From positions 1 to 41,672 of the IMG/VR virus record IMGVR_UViG_3300010362_000044: DNA of 41,672 nt, one strand, 5' to 3'. The position numbers and the translations under genes were made by a program. Below the pieces are notes generated by a model. The model saw only the letters and a program-made list of their open reading frames with translations. It did no database searches and had not been told where the DNA came from. This stretch comes from a virus (taxonomy: Duplodnaviria > Caudoviricetes). Shown in pieces: positions 34,811 to 41,672 of the stretch (within the stretch, counting starts at the first letter, position 1; the number at the start of each line of letters is the position of its first letter).

Positions 34811-35385
34811 CGCTCCTGCCGAACTTCCGGCCCTCGCCGCTGGTCGGGTTCACCGTCGCCGGGGTGCTCATGGTCACCGCCCTCGGCGGTGCCCTGGCCT
34901 CGAACTATGTCGCCACCCCGAACACGCTGGTCGCCGAGACGCAGGGGCCACCCGGTCCGGCGGGCCCGCACGGCCCGGTCGGGCAGACCGGCGACCAGGG
35001 GCCGCCCGGTCCGGCGGGCAACCCCGGCCCGGCAGGCAACCCCGGGCCGGCAGGCGACCGGGGGTTCCCTGGCCCCACCGGGACGGCGGGCCAGACTGGT
35101 CCGCCGGGCCCCGCCGGCAGATCAGGGGTGACAGGTCGGCGGGGCCCACCCGGCGGACAGGGTCCGAGGGGGGAGCGGGGGCCGACAGGTGAGCACGGCC
35201 CGCCCGGCGCGACCGGGCCGAGGGGTCAGACTGGTCCCCGAGGGCCGGCGGGCCCACCTGGCCTACCGGGCCCGCCCGGCCCGACCGGCCCCGCCTGCCC
35301 GCCCGGCTACCACGCCGCCGTCATCGACGTGCACCAACGCAACCCCGAGGCGACGGTCACCATCACGGCCTGTGTCCAGGACTAG
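34807..35385 (+). CDS. Membrane-anchored collagen-like protein
   Basis: N-terminal TM, long G-X-Y run (about 34945-35295), C-terminal CPPGY...C. Confidence 0.8.
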   Translation: MTLLPNFRPSPLVGFTVAGVLMVTALGGALASNYVATPNTLVAETQGPPGPAGPHGPVGQTGDQGPPGPAGNPGPAGNPGPAGDRGFPGPTGTAGQTGPPGPAGRSGVTGRRGPPGGQGPRGERGPTGEHGPPGATGPRGQTGPRGPAGPPGLPGPPGPTGPACPPGYHAAVIDVHQRNPEATVTITACVQD

Positions 35386-35389
35386 GCCG

Positions 35390-35593
35390 ATGCCGCGACC
35401 CCTGATCGGCGACCAGGAGCCGGTGGACGGCTTCACCGTCGAGGTCGCCGGCGACCAGGTGCTGGTCACGTTCTCGAACAGGTACGGCCACGCCGACCAG
35501 GTCGTGCTCGACCGGCCCGACGCCTGGAGGCTCGGGCAGGCCCTCGTCTTCGTCAGCGGCGGGCCAGCGGGAACAGGAGGGCCAGACAGATGA
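35390..35593 (+). CDS. Small hypothetical protein
   Basis: MPRPLIGDQEPVDGFTVEVAGDQVLVTF...; codon usage. Confidence 0.5.
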   Translation: MPRPLIGDQEPVDGFTVEVAGDQVLVTFSNRYGHADQVVLDRPDAWRLGQALVFVSGGPAGTGGPDR

Positions 35594-35665
35594 CCCCGAG
35601 TTCGATGACCACGATCCAGTGGAACGCGTCCGTGCTCATGGCCCCATCATCCCGCGCCAACTGGT

Positions 35666-35712
35666 GCTAGCGGGGCCCTACCCCCGAGGCCCGCCCCTGG
35701 TTCTAGCCTGCC
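35666..35712 (+). promoter_or_regulatory. Putative late promoter GCTAGC-N31-CTAGCCTGCC
   Basis: Matches the element upstream of the portal. Confidence 0.55.
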
Positions 35713-35813
35713 TGGCAGAGCAGCCGCCGCTGGCCCCTCTGGCCGCGTGGCTCCCCGACGCGACGGTCCCCGTCGTGCCTGCCCTCACCATCCGCACCCG
35801 GAGGAGACCACCG

Positions 35814-37496
35814 ATGCCCGCGATCCCGACCCAGCCCGACGACGGGTTCCCCTACCCCGACGACCTGTCGGCCCTGTCCGCCGAGGAACTGGCCGGCATC
35901 GAGCAGCAGGCCCTCGACGCGTTCGATGAACTGGCCGCCGACGACAACCCCACCGACCAGCAGGTCGCCGAGATGGAACGCCTCGCCGGCTTCGTCCAGG
36001 AGGTACGCGCCGAGGGCGTGAACCGGGAGCAGGCCGCGCAGGAGCGGGTCGCCCGGGTCGAGGCCGCCCGCGCCGCCATCAACCCGCCCGAGGACACCGA
36101 CGCCCCGGTCGAGGAGCCCGCCGAGTCCGAGGGCGACCTGGGCGACGAGGAGGAGGCCGAGGAGGAGGAGGAGACGACCGACCGGCTGCCGGTGGCCGCC
36201 GCCGCCCGGTCCACGGTCCGCACCATGCGCCGCGCCGCGAACCCGCGCCCGAGGGCCAACCCCGACATTCGGATGACCGCCGGCGCAGACATCAGCGGCT
36301 ACGCCCTCGGCTCCCGCCTCGAAGGGCTCATCGACGTCGCCAAGGCGTTCATGGCCCGCTCCAAGGGGTTCGTCGCCCCACCCGCAGGCCGCGAGACCGG
36401 CGTCTGGAACCGCTACGGGGTGGCGACCATCACCAAGCCGCACGACCCCGACGGCCTGTACGACACGAACAAGGACTTCGACTCCGGCTACGCCCTGATC
36501 GACCTCGCCAAGCGTGAGTCCCGTCTGCCCGGCGGCTCCCTGACCGCCGCCGGCGGCTGGTGCGCCCCCTCGGAGACCATCTACACGCTCTGCCAGAACG
36601 AGACCATCGACGGCATCCTCGACACCCCCGAGATGACCATCAGCAGGGGCGGCATCCGGTTCACGCCGGGCCCCGACTTCGCCGACATCTACGGCGACAC
36701 CTGCTTCTTCCATCTGACCGAGGCGCAGGTCATCGCCGGCACCGCCAAGACCTGTTGCACCGTCGACTGCCCGGACTTCGATGAGGTCCGGCTGGACGCG
36801 GTCGGGTTCTGTGTCAAGGCCCCGATCCTCACCCGGGCCGGGTTCCCGGAACTGGTGCAGCGGTGGTTGGAGGGCACCATCGTCGCCAACGCCCACAAGG
36901 TCAACGCGACCAAGATCGCCGCCATCGCCACCGCCCTCGGCACCGCGACGCCGGCGTTCGACGGTGAGGCCGTCACGTTCTCGACGCTGACCGCACTTGA
37001 GTTGGCCGGCGAGGGCATCCGGTACAAGTACCGGATGTCGCGGTCCGAGTCGTTGGAGGCCGTGGCCCCGATCTGGCTGCGTGCCGCGATCAGGGCGGAC
37101 CTGTCGAACCGGACCGGCCAGCCGCTCGAGGACACCACCGACGCGCAGATCCAGGCCCACTTCGCGGCCCGAGGCATCGCCATCCAGTGGGTCTACGACT
37201 GGCAGGACACGGCGTTCACCGCCGCCGGCTGTGTGACGGCGTTCCCGACGACCGCCGAGGTGCTCCTGTACCCGGCGGGCACGTTCGTGGTCGGCACCCA
37301 GGACGTGATCAGCCTGGACACGATCTACGACACGACGGACCTGCTCTCGAACATCTTCACCGCCGCGTTCGTGGAGGACGGGCTCCTGGTCGCGCAGACC
37401 TGCTTCCAGGGCTGCCGGCTCACGATCCCGGTCTGCGTGTCCGGACGCACCGCCGCCGCCGACCTCACCGGCTGCTACGGGGTGACCACGCCGTAG
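35814..37496 (+). CDS. Major capsid protein with N-terminal scaffold-like region
   Basis: GGAGGAG RBS; acidic coiled-coil N-terminus; LTAAGGWCAPSETIY...RGGIRF...FPELV...QWVYDWQ...YPAGTFV. Confidence 0.9.
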   Translation: MPAIPTQPDDGFPYPDDLSALSAEELAGIEQQALDAFDELAADDNPTDQQVAEMERLAGFVQEVRAEGVNREQAAQERVARVEAARAAINPPEDTDAPVEEPAESEGDLGDEEEAEEEEETTDRLPVAAAARSTVRTMRRAANPRPRANPDIRMTAGADISGYALGSRLEGLIDVAKAFMARSKGFVAPPAGRETGVWNRYGVATITKPHDPDGLYDTNKDFDSGYALIDLAKRESRLPGGSLTAAGGWCAPSETIYTLCQNETIDGILDTPEMTISRGGIRFTPGPDFADIYGDTCFFHLTEAQVIAGTAKTCCTVDCPDFDEVRLDAVGFCVKAPILTRAGFPELVQRWLEGTIVANAHKVNATKIAAIATALGTATPAFDGEAVTFSTLTALELAGEGIRYKYRMSRSESLEAVAPIWLRAAIRADLSNRTGQPLEDTTDAQIQAHFAARGIAIQWVYDWQDTAFTAAGCVTAFPTTAEVLLYPAGTFVVGTQDVISLDTIYDTTDLLSNIFTAAFVEDGLLVAQTCFQGCRLTIPVCVSGRTAAADLTGCYGVTTP

Positions 37497-37572
37497 CCGT
37501 TGGCCCCCTCGCCCGGGCCACCAGGATTGTTCGGGCGGGGGGACACCCCCACCAGGTGAGGAGGAACCCCGC

Positions 37573-38322
37573 ATGACGGTCACGCCGATGGAGTACGTGG
37601 CGGCACCGCCCCTGACGCCGCCCCGGTTCGGCATCCTGTCCGCCGCCGTCGTCATCGACTCCCCCAACCCGCACATCGGGTTCGGCTTCCAGTACGTGCC
37701 CGACTTCTGCGGGCCGGCCCGGATGACCGTCGGGGTCTGCGCCGACCCCTCGGGGCAGAAGGTGTCCGAGTCCGGCAGGGACGTCGTGGACGGGCAGCCG
37801 TTCGTCGTCTACTCGCTCTCGGACTGCAAGACCATCGGCAACACCGACGCACAGGCCCGGGCCGAACGGGCCCTGACCGCCGGCGAGGGCCGGGCCGTCG
37901 AGGAGTGGCTGGCCGCCCGCCTGACCGCCGAGGCCACCAACATCGGGGCCTGGACCGGCGTCGACAAGGCGTTGGCGATGTTGGAGCACTACATCGCCTG
38001 CAACTACGGCGGGGCCGGCACGATCCACATGGACCGGGCCCACGCCTCCCTGCTCGGCACCACCCACCTGGTGGCCTCGACCGGCGGCAGGCTGACCACG
38101 ATGCTCGGCAACGTCGTCTCGGCGGGCTGCTATGACGACACCGACCCCCTCGGCCCCTCGACCATGTGGGCGACCGGGACGGTGACCTTGGAACGCGGTC
38201 CGGTCGGCGGCCCCGGCAACCCGGTTCTGGACCCGGCCACCAACGACCTGTTCGCCCTCGCCGAACGGCCCTATGCCGGGGCGTGGGAGTGCTTCGCCGT
38301 CGCCGTCGGTGTGACGCCGTGA
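37573..38322 (+). CDS. Second capsid protein (possible pentamer-type / minor capsid)
   Basis: Directly after MCP; PPRFGILSAA...PFVVY...GEGRAVE...GNVVSAGCY...ALAERPY. Confidence 0.65.
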   Translation: MTVTPMEYVAAPPLTPPRFGILSAAVVIDSPNPHIGFGFQYVPDFCGPARMTVGVCADPSGQKVSESGRDVVDGQPFVVYSLSDCKTIGNTDAQARAERALTAGEGRAVEEWLAARLTAEATNIGAWTGVDKALAMLEHYIACNYGGAGTIHMDRAHASLLGTTHLVASTGGRLTTMLGNVVSAGCYDDTDPLGPSTMWATGTVTLERGPVGGPGNPVLDPATNDLFALAERPYAGAWECFAVAVGVTP

Positions 38323-38543
38323 GTCGGGGGTGGGGTGTGGGCGCACAACTGCGGCGGATCGACCCGGGGCAGACCTTCGTGTGGGGCAAGTCCCCGGAGA
38401 TGGCCCGGACCCTGCTGGACGCTGCCGACGCCGTGGGGGTGCCGCAGCCCGAGGTCCGGGCCGTCGGTCACGGCTTCATCGTCCCCGACGCGGTGTGGGA
38501 CCACGCCGCCGCCAACCAGCCGCCCGACTACGAGGAGTTCTGA
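38319..38543 (+). CDS. Small virion-associated protein
   Basis: GTGA overlap; ARTLLDAAD...VRAVGHGFIVP. Confidence 0.6.
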   Translation: MSRGWGVGAQLRRIDPGQTFVWGKSPEMARTLLDAADAVGVPQPEVRAVGHGFIVPDAVWDHAAANQPPDYEEF

Positions 38544-38546
38544 CCC

Positions 38547-39458
38547 ATGACCACACGATGCTTCCCGCTCGTCGGCGGACGGGTCCTGCGGGCCACCCGC
38601 CTGGACGTGTGCGGGCGACCGGAGTATGGCGACTGCGCGCAGGTCGTCTCCGAGGGGTTCGTCTCCATCGCCACCACCGCGAACGTGGACGACGGCGAGG
38701 AGATCAGCGTCACCAACGCCAACGGCAAGAAGTGTGTCCGGCAGCCCGCGAAGCCCACCCTCGACGGGTACACGCACGTGATCACGTTCTGCGACGTGGA
38801 GCCGGACCTGTACGCCCTGATGACCGGCCAGGAGGTCGTCTACGACGACGCCGGCGACGCCGTCGGGTTCCGGGTCGACACCGCCGTCTCGCCGGCGGAC
38901 CATGCGTGGGCGCTCGAGGTGTGGTCGAACGTGCCGGGCGTGGCCTGCACCGACGAGGGCGAGGGCATCTGGGGCTACATGCTCTGGCCGTTCCTGTCCG
39001 GCGGGGTCCTCGGGGACTTCACGATTGAGAACGCGGCGGTCTCGTTCCAGATCCAGGGCGTCAACACGATGACCGGCGTCGGCTGGGGCACCGGCCCCTA
39101 CCCGGTGGTCACCGGCGGCACCGGGGCCGGGCAACTCCTGACCCCCCTGGACCGCACCGATGTGCTGCACGTCCAGTTGACCGACGTGCCGCCCCCGGAG
39201 CCCGGCGTGGACTGCGGCTGCCTGCCCCTGGACAACCCCGCCTGGTCGAGCGCGACCGGCGCGGACGCCGGCACCCCCGGCACCTGGACGCCCGCCGACT
39301 CCCGCAGGCCGGCGACCTTCGACGCCCTCGCCACCTCCGTCCCGGCGATCACCGCGAACCCGACCACCGTGTGGTCCACCGGCCAGCATGTCGTCCTCGG
39401 CGACGGCGCGTTCGCCTGGTGGGACGGCACCGACTGGCAGGAGGGCACCGCCCCCTAG
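38547..39458 (+). CDS. Major tail protein
   Basis: GRVLRATRLDVCGRP...DGEEISVTNANGKKC...FCDVEPDL...ALEVWS...WGTGPY. Confidence 0.85.
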   Translation: MTTRCFPLVGGRVLRATRLDVCGRPEYGDCAQVVSEGFVSIATTANVDDGEEISVTNANGKKCVRQPAKPTLDGYTHVITFCDVEPDLYALMTGQEVVYDDAGDAVGFRVDTAVSPADHAWALEVWSNVPGVACTDEGEGIWGYMLWPFLSGGVLGDFTIENAAVSFQIQGVNTMTGVGWGTGPYPVVTGGTGAGQLLTPLDRTDVLHVQLTDVPPPEPGVDCGCLPLDNPAWSSATGADAGTPGTWTPADSRRPATFDALATSVPAITANPTTVWSTGQHVVLGDGAFAWWDGTDWQEGTAP

Positions 39459-39461
39459 CCG

Positions 39462-39473
39462 TCTGCTAGCAGA
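39462..39473. promoter_or_regulatory. Palindrome TCTGCTAGCAGA (copy 3)
   Basis: 12-bp perfect palindrome in the intergenic gap after the major tail gene. Confidence 0.5.
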
Positions 39474-39517
39474 GCGCGGTCGGGCCGGGAGCACACTACG
39501 ACCCGAGGAGGAGCCCC

Positions 39518-40078
39518 GTGACGACCCTGCAAGACCTACTGGACCTGCTACCGGACAACTCGACCGGCGACATCGACGCCGCCGACCTGCGGACCGTCGT
39601 CACGGACCTGTGGAACCAGACCGTCGGCGTCGAGACCGAGGTCACCGGCAACGCCGACGCGGTCGCGTTGTGGGCGGCCACCACCAACGCCCGCATCGAC
39701 GCGCTCGAGGAGGCGACCGGCGGGGACCGGACCGTCTCGGCGGTGTACCGGCTCGATGCGGCCCCGTCCGGCGACCCGTCCGGCGGGGAGGTCACCACCA
39801 ACACCGGGGCACTGGCCACGGCGTCCTCGCTGCGGTTCGCGGCCCTGGACCGCAACGGCGTGGACCTGACGAACCTGTTCGCCTCGGGGGTCACGAAGGT
39901 GTCGGCGCAGGACAAGGACAACGCCTCGAACTGGGCCAAGTGGACGGTCGCCGGTGCGGCCACGTCGCCGTCGATGGGCGACTTCGACCTGGCCGTCACC
40001 CTCGTCTCCTCGGCGGGCACGCTGACCGCCGGCCAGAACAACGACCTCGTGTTCGTCTTCTCCTACCCGGCGGCATGA
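39518..40078 (+). CDS. Virion structural protein (unknown)
   Basis: GAGGAGGAG RBS; LLPDNSTGDIDAADLR N-terminus, beta-rich C-terminus. Confidence 0.65.
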   Translation: MTTLQDLLDLLPDNSTGDIDAADLRTVVTDLWNQTVGVETEVTGNADAVALWAATTNARIDALEEATGGDRTVSAVYRLDAAPSGDPSGGEVTTNTGALATASSLRFAALDRNGVDLTNLFASGVTKVSAQDKDNASNWAKWTVAGAATSPSMGDFDLAVTLVSSAGTLTAGQNNDLVFVFSYPAA

Positions 40079-40971
40079 TGAGCACCCCGACCAACGAGTT
40101 CTCCGACGCCTTCTCGACCGCGTTCGACCCTGCCGCCGTCCCGCCGGCCCCGCCCCTGCCGGCCCTGCCGGACGAGTGCTGGCCGGTCGACCACACCTGC
40201 TGTCAGACCGAGTGGGATGCCGACCCCGAGGTGTGGCCGGTCGAGGCGAAGGCGAACGCCGACGCCCTGGCCGTGATGACCCTGCGGATGCTGACCGGCT
40301 ACCGGGTCGGGGGGTGCCCGGTCACCGTGCGGCCCTGTCGGGACGCCTGCCGAGGCCAGACGTGGCGCACCTTCCCGGTCCTCGCCTCCTCGGGGTCGGC
40401 TGCCGGGGTCGGCTGGGTGCCGCAGTTGCAGTCCGGCACCTGGGTCAACATGGCCTGCGGCTGCGGCCAGGCCGGCTGCTCCTGCACCACCGTCTGCGAC
40501 CTCGTCCTGCCAGGCGAACCCAGCCAAGTGACCGCCGTCTGGCAGGACGGGCTCCTGGTCGACCCGTCTGCCTACCGGCTCGACGGGAACCGGCTGACCC
40601 GGATCGACGCCGCCTGCTGGCCGCTGTGCCAGGACATGACGGCAGCCGACGACGCCGACGGCGCGTTCGCGGTCACCTACTACCCGGCGGCCCGCCCGGA
40701 CGGCCTCGCCTCGTGGGCCGCCGGCAGGCTGGCGTGTGAGTACGTCAAGGCCTGTACCGGCGGCGACTGTGCGCTGCCGCCGACCGTCACGCAGTTGGCG
40801 CGGGCCGGGGTCACCTACTCCCTGGACCCGGGCCTGTTCGCCACCGGCCTGACCGGCCTCCGCGACGTGGACGCCTTCATCCTGCGGTGGAACCCGAACC
40901 TGCTCAAAGGGCCCTCCCTGGTCTGGTCCCCCGACGTGGACCGGGGTCGTATCCGAGGCCGTGCCGGGTGA
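40075..40971 (+). CDS. Head-to-tail adaptor (Cys-rich)
   Basis: CWPVD...LTGYRVGGCPVTVRPC...CWPLCQDM...AGRLACEYVKACTGGDCALP...RAGVTY...TGLRDVD. Confidence 0.8.
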   Translation: MMSTPTNEFSDAFSTAFDPAAVPPAPPLPALPDECWPVDHTCCQTEWDADPEVWPVEAKANADALAVMTLRMLTGYRVGGCPVTVRPCRDACRGQTWRTFPVLASSGSAAGVGWVPQLQSGTWVNMACGCGQAGCSCTTVCDLVLPGEPSQVTAVWQDGLLVDPSAYRLDGNRLTRIDAACWPLCQDMTAADDADGAFAVTYYPAARPDGLASWAAGRLACEYVKACTGGDCALPPTVTQLARAGVTYSLDPGLFATGLTGLRDVDAFILRWNPNLLKGPSLVWSPDVDRGRIRGRAG

Positions 40972-41471
40972 GCAGCCGGGACCTGTTCACCACCTGGGCC
41001 AGCCTGGTCGCCTGCCTGTGCGAGCAACTGGACCCGGCCCCGCCGTGCTTCTGCGGCATGTTCGTCGGGGCCGCCGCGATGCCACCGGACTCGTGTCTGT
41101 GCGGCGGCACCGGGGACAGGTGCGGCACCGCCTGGGTGGGTCTGGCCTCCGCCTACCCGTCCTCGGCGTTCCCCACCCCGGACGTGACCACCCGAGGCTC
41201 CTGCACCGCGCCGTTGGCGTGGCGGTTCAACGTCGGCGTCGTCCGCTGCCAGCCCGGGCCCGGCATGTCCGGGAAGCCGCCCGGCGAGGCCGCCTACGCC
41301 CTGGCCGCGCAACGCGCCGCCGACGACCTGGAGGCCGCCTACCGGACCATCGAGTGCTGCTTCCCCGGCAAGCCCTCCAACGTCCTGCTCGGCCAGTGGC
41401 AGCCCCTCGGGAACCCCGACGGTCTGTGTGCCGGCGGCTCCTGGCCGGTGGCCGTCTGGAGCGTGGTCTGA
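40968..41471 (+). CDS. Tail terminator / neck protein (Cys-rich)
   Basis: GTGA overlap; CGTAWV...VGVVRC...GLCAGGSW; position. Confidence 0.65.
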   Translation: MSSRDLFTTWASLVACLCEQLDPAPPCFCGMFVGAAAMPPDSCLCGGTGDRCGTAWVGLASAYPSSAFPTPDVTTRGSCTAPLAWRFNVGVVRCQPGPGMSGKPPGEAAYALAAQRAADDLEAAYRTIECCFPGKPSNVLLGQWQPLGNPDGLCAGGSWPVAVWSVV

Positions 41472-41672
41472 GTGGCGACCGGGGTGCATGTGACCATCGA
41501 CCGGGCCGCCATCGAACGGCTCACCAAGTCCGGGGGCGGCACCGTCCAGCAGGCGGTCCTCCGGATGCTCAACCGGGCCCGCTCCAACGCCGTCGCCCGC
41601 TGCCCGGGCCCCGGGAACTCGATCTGGGTCAACCCGCCGCCCGGCTACCCGACCGGCTACCTGCGGTCCCAC
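41472..41672 (+). CDS. Neck protein, HK97 gp10-like (3' truncated)
   Basis: Hand translation VATGVHVTIDRAAIERL...AVARCP...TGYLRSH. Confidence 0.6.
   Translation, partial: MATGVHVTIDRAAIERLTKSGGGTVQQAVLRMLNRARSNAVARCPGPGNSIWVNPPPGYPTGYLRSH

Noticed and set aside
34945-35295. DNA tandem repeat element
   Set aside because: Periodicity is explained by collagen G-X-Y coding.
26936-37676. Long minus-strand ORFs (e.g. 26936-29017, 30176-32932, 35703-37676)
   Set aside because: Antisense shadows of high-GC3 structural genes, with no motifs or RBS.
39518-40078. Tail assembly chaperone with programmed frameshift
   Set aside because: No slippery heptamer seen near the end, and the next gene is an adaptor coupled by an ATGA overlap.
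1-41672. Integrase, att site, classical repressor, tRNA or IS element
   Set aside because: No recognisable motifs; lifestyle cannot be assigned from this window.

Overview
This very GC-rich window is most of an actinobacteriophage (siphovirus-type) genome, probably circularly permuted. It starts inside a tail-collar fibre gene and ends in the neck genes; tape measure and minor tail genes lie outside it. Gene order: tail fibre; a short leftward replication operon (wHTH initiator with internal iterons, helicase-loader-like gene); a rightward early region (Sak/Rad52-like annealase, DUF6011, HNH, DUF932, many small Zn-finger ORFs); a ParB/amino-methyltransferase with an inserted PLP-enzyme domain; terS/terL; about 7.6 kb of small-gene cassettes, each led by a conserved promoter-leader repeat; portal; MuF fused to a papain-like toxin; Imm35-like/2H-phosphoesterase/capsid protease fusion; a lysis cassette (CHAP-like peptidase, EEP-fold enzyme, holin, collagen-like protein); major capsid, second capsid, major tail and head-tail genes. 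No integrase, DNA polymerase, tRNA or CRISPR was seen. The most notable signals are: (i) a shared leader motif GACCCGCCAA at 11 sense sites near early-gene starts, with exact antisense copies in two structured intergenic regions (candidate phage sRNA regulon); (ii) the MTase::PLP fusion (candidate new DNA hypermodification); (iii) the virion toxin/immunity/2H module. All family calls come from motif recognition by eye, not database searches.
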